A stretch of 63,081 bases of DNA, filler included, from Octopus bimaculoides (Eukaryota): the NCBI RefSeq assembly GCF_001194135.2. It is 7 parts of 7 records of this genome, joined end to end, with 100 filler letters (N's around TTAATTAATTAA, not from the genome) between each part and the next. Parts side by side here need not be neighbours in the genome. Positions count along the whole stretch, not along the records: positions 8,517 to 29,083 come from NC_068986.1; 6 more parts are not named here. One strand, 5' to 3'. This document shows, in pieces, positions 12,264-27,518 of this stretch. A model generated the notes under the pieces. The model did not search any database, was not told the origin of the DNA, and saw only the letters and a program-made list of their open reading frames with translations. The position numbers were made by a program, and so were the translations under genes. How positions within the stretch are numbered: position 1 is the stretch's first letter; each line of letters opens with the position of its first letter.

Positions 12264-12386
12264 CATTATTATTATTATTATTATTATTTGTTCTTATCGC
12301 TTTTTATTTATAATCTTGAGAAAAAATCTCTTAGAACGCATTATCACTTTCTAACATGAAAATCGATAAGAAACTTAATTTCACGA

Positions 12387-12427
12387 TACGGGATTTTGCG
12401 TTACGGGATTTTGCGTTACGGGATTTT
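12387..12427. repeat. Minisatellite, 15-bp unit TACGGGATTTTGCGT x~2.7
   Basis: Read directly from the sequence. Confidence 0.9.
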
Positions 12428-15400
12428 CAGGAACATATTACTTCCTTAATACAGGAATTCTCGTGAAGGATAAGTAGAAGCATTTGATATTGTGCACCAA
12501 ATATTAGCAGATGAAACCAATATTCCTTTCATTTAACCAGACAGTTTGTAATAAATTGATACTAAATGATATCATTAGCAAATTATCATTATTTGATCCG
12601 ACAAAGGAATAATGTATTTATGAAACATCAAGTGAAAACTGACATCGTCCATTACATATATCATTATGATATGATGTAGGAAAACTGAATTAAACGGGAT
12701 ATTGAATAATAAAAAATAAACTTTTGAATCTCATATATATGATGGATGAGATAGAGATCTCATTCTAAGGACAAATAGTTGCTGAACATCCATTTTCAAA
12801 CGTATTCAGTAACATGTTGCTTCGGAATGAATCGTCAAATTTGTCTCTAGAGTAAAAAACATTCGCTGAAAAACAATGATATGCGGCGTCATTATCTCTA
12901 AAAGGGCGTTCATTTTCCGAATACACTTCTTTTACAAAGATTTTTACGGCAAACTTTCTGAATGTGGGATGGTAGCCAAGTAGAGAGATAGTCTGTACCC
13001 TCTATCAAATTTAGAATCTTTGTTTCATTTATCTCTGAAACTAACTGGACTCTAATATTGGCGCCTCATTTCTTTGTAAGAGAATCCTTGAAAACACAAA
13101 GGAATACAGACATAGCCAGTTTCAGTACTCGCAAACTGCAACATAACGATATAGAAGTTTTAACAGTACTTTCATTTCTATTTCAACTCATAACAACAAT
13201 AGACTTTGTAGTTTTCATTTGGGGGATATATTGGATATATAATTAAATTATGCCAACGTTCCAAAAAATATTACCTCGATTTATTAATTTTTAATAGACA
13301 AATGATTTTAATCCTAATTCTATTAGAATATATAGGAAGTAATTTGATAGTAATCAATCCGTTGTTATATGGCTTTGCTACAGCAATAGGCACAAGCAAT
13401 TACGAGCTTCCGGGTTCGAAGCGATTGATCAGAATCATGGACGAGTATCTTCAATCATAGCCCAGAATCAACTTAAACATTTTGAATGATATTAAATAAG
13501 CGGAAACTGTGTGCAAGCCCGACAAATTGCTGAGTCTGTTCTTGGGCGGACTTAATCTGTTGCCCACTTAAACACCATCACTTAGTTCGTGAGCTATGTT
13601 TGAGAATTTTACTGTTATAAATATTTGGACTTGGTATTTAGTCTGAGGAAAACTTGATATTTAGATGCGATGTTTCCTACTGTTCAACAGTTGAAGCAAA
13701 GTCTCTTCTTACTTGTACTCTCAATAGTCTGTAAAACATGATGAATGTTGTTCTTTCTCCTTTTTTCTACACAATGAAAAATATTTAGAAGATAGTTAAA
13801 TGATCGTTTATTATATTCATTCATAATTTAAGATGGATTGTTATATTCAAATTACAACTGTGCCACAAGCATCTAAAAGAATTACATTTTCGAACAAGAA
13901 TCAACAAAATATACCGAGAAAAACCTGTCAGTATACAAAAATGAATTGTATTCTACAAAGTTTACATAAATATCTAAAGTAATTTTTATATTCAACTAAT
14001 TCCATTCATTGGACTGCAGGCATTCTGGGGTACCACGTTCAAGAATTTATTTAATTATATAAACCCAAGTACTTATTTTATCGTATTTATTTGTGGAACC
14101 AGTGTACACATAAACACGGGCACATTTATACATATTATATTATATTATATAAGGCGGCATTATTTACGTCTCACAAATCCCACTCATAACATATTGAGGC
14201 TACAATAGACTTGAGACTTTTATGAAAAAACCTTTGGCTTAATGTGTGGTGCAGTGGAAACCAAACTGAAAGCACGTCGTTACGAAATTAATTTTTTTCT
14301 TGTATAATGAGGTTGGTGAAGGAAACATTGACTTCCTTGACAAATACTGCAGTCTTACCATTGAATTTTGATTGAGAATTAAAAAATTACTTTTTTATTA
14401 ACTTTATTTATTAACTCCAAACGGCTAAAAAGTAAATTTGATCTTTGACTTCAGAATGCAGAAAGCTAGAACAAATAACTTAAGGCATTCTGATTGACGA
14501 GACGCTTACGATTCACCGCTTTCAGACAAGCTTACCCACGCCTATATTTGGAGTGGGTTTTATTCTGCCTATGACTCTGAGTAAACTGCAATTCATTTTC
14601 CTCAAATTTGTCATGAATTGTATTCATTACTTCATCAATTAAATCATCACGATTATAGAAATCTTAACACATTTAGCTAGGATTCAGCTAACGATGAACA
14701 TCGGTAAAATTTCTTTATAATGTTATTAAAAATCATTATATTTCTGTTATGTGGTTACGAATTTATATTACATTCAAAACACTTTGTTGCTATACTACTA
14801 AATATATTAACTTGTCCATTAATAGATAATTACAATAGTGCTGAACCCCACATCTAACTCTATTCCGCATGAATTCTACTCCTCAGGTAAACAAATATCT
14901 TTCTAAAGCCATCAATTATGCTCCTTATGCGATTATCGGAGATGTATTTGTGTATAGTTCTATTAAATTAACTTCGTTACATTGTCTATATGTATACAGA
15001 CGTTGATGTCAACTCCTTAATAATCTGTCTGCTGTAGCAAATATCCTGAAATATCCAATTACATCTACTGCCAAAGCGTACACTTGGTCTAGAAAGCATA
15101 CTTGACAGAAATGCATAGCTACGCGTTTACAATTAACTTACATAAAACCCCACCCTTCAAATATATTATGGTTTCCTACTTAGATTACAAAGTTCCCTAT
15201 GGTAAAGTAATATAGAACCTCCGGTCCAAGAGTAAGTTACAAATACAGATTCTATTTCACATATATTTACATTTGTAAATAAAACAAATATTGATAAATA
15301 TGGCTTGTATGATATGCCTGGAAAATATTCTAATGCTGCGGAAGTGTTGTTGAAAGTAGAATAAAAGTTATGAGAAAGATTTCAGAAAAAGATGTTGCAC

Positions 15401-15959
15401 CGGTTTGAAAAATGACGCAAAGAAATGTGTTGTATACAGATACAGACGTTGAACAAAATTTCGTTGACAGTAGGTGAGACTTCTACTGAATAGAAAAAAA
15501 GCTGGGAAAATACTAGTCCAGGTTGCTTACGGGGTCAATTAAAGCCACGTGAATATTTTACTATAAGCTCTATCTAAAGTGCTATGTACATAGGAAGACA
15601 GCTAAAACCAAGGTTTCTTCAAAGAATTCTCGTACCAATTATTTCATATATACATACATACATATATATANNNNNNNNNNNNNNNNNNNNNNNNNNNNNN
15701 NNNNNNNNNNNNNNNNNNNNNNNNNNNNNNNNNNNNNNNNNNNNNNNNNNNNNNNNNNNNNNNNNNNNNNNNNNNNNNNNNNNNNNNNNNNNNNNNNNNN
15801 NNNNNNNNNNNNNNNNNNNNNNNNNNNNNNNNNNNNNNNNNNNNNNNNNNNNNNNNNNNNNNNNNNNNNNNNNNNNNNNNNNNNNNNNNNNNNNNNNNNN
15901 NNNNNNNNNNNNNNNNNNATATATGCATATATCTATGTATATCTCTTCTGTTTTTTAAT

Positions 15960-17765
15960 TATTAGGAATCTTCCACTGAGGAGGGAGCCGGTTTCCAACT
16001 AAGAAACAAGCCTCCATCTTTAGGATGTAGGTTACACAGACAAATTCACACTTGGAACTTGAGAAAAGTCTCGCACATTTTTATTGTTTCACTCACAGAT
16101 TGCACATGTAGTGTACGAGTTAACAGGTCGATTTCGCTTTCTGAAAACACCAGTTTATCCAGATTCTCCGTTAAGCATTTACTAACAAAACCTAGTACTC
16201 CAATTATTATTGGTATGAATATGAATTCATAGTTTGGATATAGAAGATGGAGATTTTGAAGCAGTTGTCCATAGATATCCTCTTTTTCTTTGATTGTCAA
16301 AGAGACATTTATATCTGCAGGGCAGCTGATCTCTATGATGGTACATACCTTTGCTCCTCACACCCAAACAACAATATCCGGCCTGTTATGTTTACATTTG
16401 ACAGAAGTTTTAATGGAAATATTCTACTAGTATTCTTTGAGTTAGTGTTTATGAATGTATTCCATAATAGAGCGATTTTCTAAGTTTATTTCAGGAAAGT
16501 CTTTCTTGCGGATGGCATTGTAAATTGTTTTAGCGACAACATTGTGCCGCATAGGGAGGTAGTACCATAACGACATTTTAGGACAGCTGCTAATCACATG
16601 CGTGATGTCTTCCATAGGAACATGACATAGTCTACACATACGGTTGCACCTTGATATTACAAGAGCATCACTGTCTCTCTTTTTCACCAGGTACTTTGTG
16701 GCAATCTCCTGTTCTTGGATTGCAAATGCATGGCCTTCAAAGTGTGATGTGATGTAGTGATCTTGTGTCGAAGAGCGGCTGCGCTTCATGTGAATTCTAT
16801 CTTCTTCAAACTTCCAGGCATCATACCCATGCATAGTAAGTCTTCTTTGTCTTTTTTGTATGCTGGGTGCTCTCCATCCGGTCTTCTCTGAGGTGCTTCT
16901 TGAGGAGCTCACTGCCAACTCGTACAATGTTGCTCACTTCACTTTTCAGCACTACATTTACATATTTATTTTTGCTGCTGCTGTTTAGCAGGTGCTGCCT
17001 GAGTGATACCATACATGATTTAAAGGCCGTCTGCACTGATCTCAGGCCTCTACCACCTTCATTTCTTCTTAGGTAGAGCCTATCATCATCACTGTTTCTA
17101 TGGAAGTTCCTCGTTGTTGTCAGGATTTTGCAGGTTTTGATATCTATGAAGTGGATTTCCTCTACATATCAATCAAGTATCCCAAATGTTGGGATCAGCA
17201 CTGGTACTGCAAATGCATTGTGGGATATTGTTTTGCTGTAAGAGGAGAGTTCCGACTGCCACTCTAGCTTTATCACAGTGCCTTCATATGATACATTTTC
17301 GTCTATGCCTAGGTATTTGTAACATTCCTGGAGCGGAATGGGGGAGATAGAGAGACCGTTGATGCAAAGGTTTCTTTCGTTTAGGGGACTGACTTACCTC
17401 GTTCTATAACCAAATATGAACACTTCTTTGGCCAAATTCCATGCTTATATCAGCTTAAAATGTTATTAATTCCAGTTGTTTTTTGGCATTTTTAACACTT
17501 TTAGCATAAATCTTCAGGTCGTCTACAAAGAAATTATGAGTTACATTGATATTTCTAGCAGTTGAAGATCCTAGCATGTAACCATTTGTTTTCTGCAGTA
17601 CGAATGATAATGGATTTAGTGTCAAAATGAAAATAAGTACAGAAAGCTATCTCCTTGGAATATTCCCTTTGAAATGCTATACGATCAGAAACAATTATTC
17701 TGTTCTCAGCTGAAAGGGTAAGAATTGTTGTCCATGTATTTGGTATAAGGTAGTGGGTACTTTTG
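15960..17765 (-). mobile_element. 5'-truncated, decayed R4/Dong-clade non-LTR retrotransposon (RT + CCHC knuckle + restriction-like endonuclease)
   Basis: Minus-strand peptides in order: IFQGDS, THNFFVDDLKIYAK (~17510-17545), YKYLGIDE, FAIQEQEIATKYL, CRLCHVPMEDITHVISSC..RHNVVAK, NRPDIVVW..IIEISCP..KEKEDIY, IGVLG. Frameshifts and stops are present. Confidence 0.92.
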
Positions 17766-17775
17766 CCAGATGTAT

Positions 17776-17853
<78 letters not shown>

Positions 17854-17993
17854 ACACACACACGGAGGTGTATGATTGTGTATAGATGAATATATTAATC
17901 AAAAGAATTCTAACTTTGATTTTCACATTTTATTTACAATCTTATAATCAAATAATATAATGAAATGTTAGAATATTAAATGTTCATTCTGAC

Positions 17994-18038
17994 TGAACTA
18001 GTACTTTCATACATTAAACTATGAAATCTTCAGGTTCA
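17994..18038 (-). ncRNA. Minimal type I hammerhead motif in the 3' pseudo-LTR of the Penelope-like element
   Basis: UGAAC-CUGAAGA-UUUCAU[AGUUUA]AUGUAU-GAAA-G[UA]C-UA-GUUCA. Stem I is 5 bp, stem III is the palindrome AGUACU, and stem II is weak. Confidence 0.7.
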
Positions 18039-18937
18039 CATAGTAGTGGCTGTGGTAAGAGAAATTTAAACATTAAATAAGATTATTTTTACTGACTTTT
18101 CACTTGACTTCGCTAGTATTTTCTTGCTATCGTCATCGTGAGAACCTCTAGTATTGTTGTTGTTAGTGGTAGTGGTCGTAGCAGTATAAATAGCACCTCT
18201 AAGTATTATTATTGTTGTTTAGATAGCTTGGGTTAGACTTTATCAATAAAGTTCTTTTCTCTGATTTTTCTCTCGATTTCACTTGGACTATGTAGTTTGT
18301 GGAATAGAAATATAAATATTTTCCGACCACACGTTGCTAGATGGTTACTCAATGGTATCTGACGGACATCTGAGTCTCTAATTTGCTGTCGGTACACACG
18401 TGAACGTTCTGATAGTGCATTCCCAGTCTGACCCACATATAGTTCTTCACAATTCGGGCATTTGATGCAGTAAATTAAATTTCTGCTTTTGTAATTCATA
18501 TTTGCATTTGTGAATATTTTTCCGGTTTTTGTATTCATATATTGGCCAGCATGTTTGAATTGGCATGTGCTACATTGGCTATCATTGCAATTAGATACAG
18601 TGAGTGATTGGTCTTTGTTACTTAGGTCAAACTTTGCTTTTGTTAATAATTAATTTTTTTCAAGTTTTTAGGCTGTTTTTTACTTGGAACCATAGCTCGA
18701 TCCGTGATTATATCTTTTAATTCATTATTTTGAGCAATGATTGGTAGGTTTGCTTTGACAATGTTGAAGATATTCTGGTAACATTGGTTGTATGTCACTA
18801 TAAATGGTATGACTAGTTCTTGGTTTCCTCTTCTTTGGGTTGTCCTAAGTTGTTGTAGCCTGCTGTATGCCATTTTCTATAAGTAGAGACGAATATTTTT
18901 GTTTGAGCAAACATTCTCTTAGTCCTGTTAGGCGTTT

Positions 18938-19009
18938 GTTCCTGATATTCGCATTACAATGGTTCAAATTACAATGGTTCCTGATATTCGCATTACAATG
19001 GTTCAAATT
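18938..19009. repeat. 39-bp tandem duplication inside the Penelope ORF
   Basis: GTTCCTGATATTCGCATTACAATGGTTCAAATT starts at 18938 and 18977. Confidence 0.9.
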
Positions 19010-19928
19010 CTTCTGGCTGCGTTTTGTTTGTGATCGATGGCATGACTTAAAATTCAGGTATTGATGTGTGTCCGTATCTTTACAGTTTATATCTATGATA
19101 ATACTGGTATCTTTTTTTATTACCATTATATCTAGGAATGGTATTTTGGTACTACTCATCTCCTTTGTAAGCTGGAGAGATGGGTATGGGCTGTTCAGGA
19201 GGATATTGAACTCTTCCAGAGTATTTAAAGATTCTGTCCAGATTATGAAGAAGTCGTCTAGGTATCACATCAATGCCTTTTCGATATACTTTCTAAATAG
19301 CTATAGCTTTCCTCTACTATTTAGTAGAGTTGTTGTTCTAAGTATCCCATTGCAGAAGTCACATAAACTGGAGAAAACCTCGTTCCCACCGCCATTGTAG
19401 AAGAATGTGTTGTTTTCCAGAATAAGTTAGACTGTGTCTAACATAATAGCACTGTGAATCTGTTAGGAATCACTTGTCTATGTTTTTCTATCCAGTATTT
19501 AATCGCCTTTATTCCTAGATCATATGGAATATTGGGGTAAAGGCTTACCACATAAAAACTAAGTAAAAGTGAATTCGTTTGTGTTGCTTTGGGAAGATGG
19601 GACAGGAAGTCAATGTCACCCCGGGTGAAACTGGCATGTAGGCATATATAATGGTTTGAAAACAATGTCAATAAAATTTCAATGCATGAAAGTACTAGTT
19701 CAATCAGAATGAATATCTAATATTCTATCATTTCATTATATTATATTATATCATATTATATTATATTATATTATATTATATTATATTATATTATATTACA
19801 TTATATTATTATAAGATTGTAAATAAAACGTGAAGATCAAAGTTGGAATTCCTTTGATTAGAATATATATATATATATATATATATACATACATACATAC
19901 ATACATACATACATACATACATACATAC

Positions 19929-20713
19929 AAGATCCAACACGATGAGCCCGTGGAGAGAGTGATGATTGAAAAGAAGAGCCAGCTCATCGCCACATCAGCA
20001 GTGAGGAACACGGCTGGTGCTGCAGTAGGAGGAGTGGGTTTTGTGTACAGTGCAAGGGCCAATTTGTTAGTGACGGAAATCATACCTGTTTCCCCGTGAG
20101 TGTTGAGAGTGACCTTCAATGGAAACCCAAGGCTGATAGTCATCTCAGCCTATAGTCCAACCGAGGGGGACAGTGATGCGAGTGCGAAAGAGTTCCATGA
20201 GGAAGTGTGTATAACTGTCAACACCACACCAGCTCATAACACATCTGAGTAAGGAGAGCAATGAAGATTCTTGCTGGTTCTTCCATAACCACACCAACCG
20301 AAATTGGAAACTGTTGAGGGACACCCTGCTGAAAGCGAACATGATGGCAACCATCCCAAGGTTTAAGAAGAATCCAGGGAAAATGTGGGCCTACATTTCT
20401 GATATGCACCTGTCCAAGTCCCAGATTGATTTCATTCTGGTGAGGAAGAAGTGGTGGAATAGTGTTCGTCACACAGAACCATGCATCTATTTCAATACAC
20501 TGGGCAGTGACCATCGGTTTGTTATGAGTAAGTTCCGATTGAGCTTAAGAAAGAGTAAGGCCCATCCCTGGAAGGCAAACTATGACTGGGGAGCTTTCAA
20601 GGAAGATGATAAGCTACAGGAGAAGTACACAGTGCTCTATGTGGAGAGGCAGAGGAGAGAGAGAGAGAGAGAGGGAGATAGAGAGAGAGAGAGAGAGAGA
20701 GAGNNNNNNNNNN

Positions 20714-20755
<42 letters not shown>

Positions 20756-22270
20756 GAGAGACTGAGGAGAGTGTAACAAGGAGGTACGGGTACTTCACCA
20801 GGGCAGTGGCAGAAGCAAAAGAGGTCCTTGTGCTGAGGAGAGAGAAGAGGAGGAACGTCAGCTCTGTAGACCCAAAAGTGTGTGCAGCTAGAGAGCATCT
20901 GAAAGCTGCCAAGGACCAATTCCTTGCTGATCCTACAGAGGAGATGGTGAAGGAAGAACCACTTAACTAATGCCAGAGAGGAGGCACTGATGGAGAAGAT
21001 CAGAAGTGTGAAGAGAGTGGTTGACGAGTCTAAGTGTAAATAGAGCTGGACGATCATCAACGAGATCACAGGGAGGAAGAGAAGGAGTTCAAATCAGATC
21101 CAGGGAACAGGGCCCGAGGACAGGAAGAGTAGATGGCTGAACCATTTTAAGACCCTACTAAGACAGCCGCCTTCCACAACTCAGAACACTGGTGGGGGGC
21201 CTCAGGTGGCTATATGAGGAAATGGATATTGAGACAGAACCCTTCGCCAAAGAGGAACTTCAGAGAGCCAAAGAGATCAAGCAGGGCAAGGCCTATGGGA
21301 AGTAGCAGCAGAGGTGATGGAAGATGTGTGATTTTGTAACCAGGCACTGGAAAAAGGAGTGTGCCCCGAATCATCGGAGGATCAGTAACATCGTCCCAGT
21401 ACCAAAGAAGGGAGATCTCTCAACAACTACAGGAGGATCACGCTGATGTCACTCGTGGCAAAGACACTCAACAGGATTATTCTTAATAGGATCCACCCCG
21501 AGGTGGAGAAGAAGCTCAGGGACAACTAGAACGGCTTCAGAGAGGGACGATCAACCACCAGTCATATCCTAATATTGAGGAGGATATTAGAGGGAGCTAG
21601 AGCAAAGAGTCTACCTGCTATCATGGTTTTCATTGATTTTAGGAGGACCTTTGATTCTGTGGACCGTCACTACCTGATGAAGAACTTACAGGTTTATGGA
21701 ATATCCAGGAAGATACTAGACCTGATGTCACTGCTCTACATCAACACCAGAGTCCAAGTCATAGCATCTGACGAGATGATGGGGGTTCTTTGAGATACAG
21801 TGGAGTCTGTGCTGATGTACGGGTTTGAGACATGGACACTGATCAAGAAACTCACTCAGCTGGTGGATGGGTGCTACACAAGAATGCTGAGGACGGCTCT
21901 GAACATTAATCAGTATACACTGAGGATAAAGAACTCAAAGCTGTACGAGAACCTCCCAATAGCTAGCTCGAAAATAACACAGAGAAGACTGATGTTAGCT
22001 GGACATGCTCACCGTCATTCAGAGTTAACGCTGCACTCACTGCTCCTATGGGAACCCCTGCACTGACACACTAGAAGAGGCGGACCGAGAATGATATATG
22101 CTGATGCCCTAAAGGCAGATACTGATCTTTGGGAGACACAGGACATGGCAGCGATGATGAGGGACAAAGACCGCTGGAGAGAACTTGTCCATGGATCTCG
22201 GGAATTCTACTCGATCTGGATATATAGATAGATAGATAGATAGATAGATAGACAGATAGATAGATAGATA
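19929..22270 (+). mobile_element. RTE-clade LINE remnant (APE endonuclease + partial RT) with (GATA)n tail; RT core deleted; (GA)n inserted at ~20650-20750
   Basis: APE motifs (GAAVGGVGFV, VISAYSP, IDFILVRKKWWNSV, LGSDHR), RT N-terminal motifs (GFRRGRSTTSHILILRRILEG..MVFIDFRRTFDSVDR), and C-terminal ESVLMYGFETWTL..DGCYTRMLRTALNI..LLWEPLH. Confidence 0.9.
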
Positions 22271-22512
22271 ATGTTTAATGTACACAGCACATAGTACTTA
22301 GCTACTAAAAGTTTTATACACGGGAGATATCATCTAGACATGTTTTAAAACGCGCCCAGCGTCTCCAAGTAACCTCCAGGCTCTGTGTACATGGCCTATA
22401 TAAGTTATAAATCAAGACAATAGAATAGAGAAATCACGAGAAAAAACTGTTAGCTAGGGCATTGTTACAGTAGGAGTCTGCCTTATCAAAAACACTATAA
22501 GTGGGTAGCAGG

Positions 22513-22561
22513 CTTATGGTACGTTTTGGACTTATGGTACGTTTTGGACTTATGGTACGTT
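22513..22561. repeat. Minisatellite, 18-bp unit CTTATGGTACGTTTTGGA x~2.7
   Basis: Read directly from the sequence. Confidence 0.9.
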
Positions 22562-22959
22562 CTATAAACCGTACCATAAATGTGAAACTAATGTAGGAAA
22601 AAAGATTCCTGTCTCTCTTAGATAAACATTTCCAGAAAATAACGAATGCAGAGATATCTTTAACAGACACTCAATTTCATTATCATATAGCTGCTGCCCT
22701 AATATGTAAAGCAACATTACCTACAAACACTACCAAAAACTAACTCACAATTGCAACTGTCGAGACCCTGGAACTTGTTCCCTCGACTAGGAGTACATGA
22801 TAAACTCTGCCATATATGAGGCAGAAGTTACTCTACTTGATAACCAACCCGAAAAGAAGAATTACGTCAGGTTATGAGAAGGTGACTTTAAAAGTTTTCA
22901 TAATGTGTGTGCGTATGCGTGTGATTATGTGTGAATGTGTGTGCGCGTGTATTTGTGTG

Positions 22960-23035
<76 letters not shown>

Positions 23036-24052
23036 TACATGTATATGGATATGTTGATAAACTACCAGCCAGTCCTGTTGCATAAGTATACTGGTAAGTC
23101 TAATCGGAACTCCAGAATGTTGATCTGTCTAATTGATCTGAATAAACGAAAGGCCAGCATGTTTATGCTGTTACCTCTGTGACTTATACAAATATTCTTA
23201 CATAGTACTTCATTCATATTCAAAGCGTTTACCACTGCTTGCATGAGCCTTAAGATCATAATCGATCATTAGGGATTCATACTCCATAGAATTCAACAAA
23301 TTTGTATTGTGAGGTCTAGATTGTCATAACCTACACTTTTGCAATTGGCAATTAACTGTTTCACTTCTGCGCAGTTAAGAGCTTCCACAAGCTTAGAGTT
23401 ACAACGACCAAATTAAGTTAAACAAGTAGACAACAATTTGAGTAATAACAATGGTGGATGTATACTTAAACTATTGTCCGGCAGCATGCCATTGTCGACT
23501 GCTAAATGATGGAATATTTAAACTGTTATTTAGATGTACGAAGGTTTTGTCTGCACATTACTTCAATTATATACATTTAAGCATTCAATATTTGTAGATT
23601 AATGACAGATACATTTAAGCTAATATTTTGTTGTATAGCTGTCAATCATAATTGAAGTGGTATTCATATTTTGGCTGTATTATCCAACTCTCTAAATTGC
23701 TCTTGTGCTATTATAGTTTTCTTTATGTCTGCATTAAACTTATCTGGCGATTATATTTTTGTTATTTTATTTCCGGCTGAAAATATATCTTAGAGTAGCT
23801 ATTTAAGTTCTAACTGAATTAACTGAGTTGTTATTTTCTTTACATTCTACAATTATGATAAAATCTATTTCCTAGCCAACATATATTTTTCATTATGCAA
23901 CAGGATCCAAATATATTGACTACGTTATACACAGAAGCATTTATATGTATACATACCTACATATGTGTGTATGGGTGTGTGTGTGTTCATGGAATACTTA
24001 TTAAATTTTGGGGCACATATTAAAATGACAAGATGCATAATATGAATGCGTG

Positions 24053-24083
<31 letters not shown>

Positions 24084-24129
24084 TCATATTTACAGAAAAA
24101 CAAAAGACGACGAAGACAGGTGTATAAAC

Positions 24130-25140
<1,011 letters not shown>

Positions 25141-25903
25141 GGCTGTTAAACAATCGATCTATAAGAAACATATCCAGTCATTATCAAGCAATTTAACAGC
25201 CAATGGTGCACCTATGTAGATGCAACTGGAGGAGATGAATTATCAGATATGAATTAATTTTTCACATGAAAGGCAAATTATGTAGAATGCAAAGAAGTAA
25301 AGAAAAAATCCCCTGCAAAATGAGAGTGAAAGAGAAATAAAAAAAAAGGGGAAAAAGAAATAAAAGGAAAGGAAAATACAGATGGTGGAGGAAGGAGAAG
25401 TAATAGAGATGGGAGGCGGAGAGGTAGAAACAACAAAGCTGTGTATCAGAATTCCAACACATCAAAGATTCTGCGAAATTAGATCAGTGATATGGCCAGA
25501 ATTGAAGGCATACCAAACATATGATGAATCGAAAATATTTTGGGTTGCCGAGATGAAACCCATAAAATAATGATAAAAGAAATATCAACAACGAACATTA
25601 GTAACTAACCAAAATTGTAGCTCGCACATAAAGGGTTGTTATACTAGATGGCATTTTATCAATGCCCCCTGCCCTTATATTTTCCTGTTCAACATCATTT
25701 CTATAATTTTATGCATACACAAAAGCACACACACAGACACAAGCCCACATAAACATGTACGTATGTTTACACACATGCACACACATTCATAATATATATA
25801 CATACATTACATATATATACATATATATATACACACACATATATACATACATATTTACACATATATATATATATATGTGTGTGTATATATATATATGTAT
25901 ATA

Positions 25904-25940
<37 letters not shown>

Positions 25941-26532
25941 NNNNNNNNNNNNNNNNNNNNNNNNNNNNNNNNNNNNNNNNNNNNNNNNNNNNNNNNNNNN
26001 NNNNNNNNNNNNNNNNNNNNNNNNNNNNNNNNNNNNNNNNNNNNNNNNNNNNNNNNNNNNNNNNNNNNNNNNNNNNNNNNNNNNNNNNNNNNNNNNNNNN
26101 NNNNNNNTATATATATATATATATATATATATTTGTATGTATACATATATATGCATTTATGTATATTTGCACACACATACACGCTTATACTCATTACAAA
26201 CAACATCCACGGAATAAAGAACCAAGTACATATATGAAGTATAATAGTCATAGTTATTATAATTTGTTCACTATAATTTCGAAGTTTCGCCTGGTGGTGA
26301 AATACAAATTCAATTTATATTAGCTACCAACAGCGAAACTTCCATTGCTCGATCAATAAATTATAACATATGTGTGTGTGCGTTTGTGTGTGTGCGTCTA
26401 TGTATGTATATGTATCTATGTATACAAATACATACATATATATATATGTATATGTGTATATACATAAATATATATATATGTATAAACGCATACATATTTA
26501 CGTGTACATGCATATACATGCATATATGTATG

Positions 26533-26599
<67 letters not shown>

Positions 26600-27518
26600 A
26601 TGTGCGTCTGTGTATTTGTATTAGAGTCATAGATTTACACGCAGTATAAGATATGGAGCTGGCGGCAGCCATTCTCCTGATCGAAGCAAGGTAACTATAT
26701 TTCCAATGGTTTTTCCATCGCTAATACTATCATCTGTCAGACGCGGCAACTAACTGAAGAATCACCGTTCTGTCTTTCCGGTTACCGGAAGCTTAATTTG
26801 CGCTCAGAGTGCAACCACAAAGTCACAACTTGCTCCTTTTTGAGGCTAGAGATTTAATTTTAATTGACCACTATATTTGGCGAGAATTTATTTTAATGAC
26901 TCCGGAACAATGAAATGCAAATTTGACCACCACGTGAGATGAACAGAGCAGCGAATTTGATCGACAAGTTACCGCAGTACTATCATGCTCATAACTGGAG
27001 GAGCTTTTCATCTGTCACTAACTCGCTTGTCAGAAAAGAATAAGGAGAGGAAAAACAAACTTGAAAATGTGCGCTAATTTTTTTAAAATTTAGTCTATAC
27101 AAATATACATTGAAAGTAACTGAAAGCTGGGAGTAATAAAAGTACTCCAAAGACATACAGAAAATAACGATGGAGAAATGGGTATAATGGGCTTCGTATA
27201 TTTTACCCCAGTGTCACTTTGATTGCATGCACTGCTCTCTCACTCAATAATAATAATAAAATGTGAAAGGAGAACGCTTGCCAAGTATTTGATACTTGGC
27301 AATATGCCGCGAAAGATATGGGTTCAAATTCAGACGAAATGATGGGCAAGGAAGAGTTCAACCAAAGAGCATCGTGGGCATGGCTTCAGCCAAAGAGCAT
27401 CGTGGGCATGACTTGAGCGAGGTGATTTGAAGCATACCACCTGATCATTGCTGCACAAGTCTAGACTCTCGCAACCAATTCAGTGAAGTATAACATCTAT
27501 AAAACTTCTGGCACCTAG

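Larger units (their letters stand above)
17955..19810 (-). mobile_element. 5'-truncated Penelope-like retroelement (RT + GIY-YIG endonuclease) with inverted terminal pseudo-LTR pieces
   Basis: SFYVVSLYPNIP (ORF 19438-19671), YLDDFFIIW (YLDD 19253-19264), IPFLDIMV..DTHQYLNFKSCH, and GIY-YIG NLIYCIKCPNCEELYVGQTG (18233-18538). 17955-18020 is an inverted copy of 19677-19745. Confidence 0.92.

Noticed and set aside
25382-25570. 62-aa ORF with DESKIFW and an overlapping Arg/Gly-rich frame
   Set aside because: Only a vague resemblance to a pogo-type D-E-T motif; no other conserved motifs and many stops in neighbouring frames.
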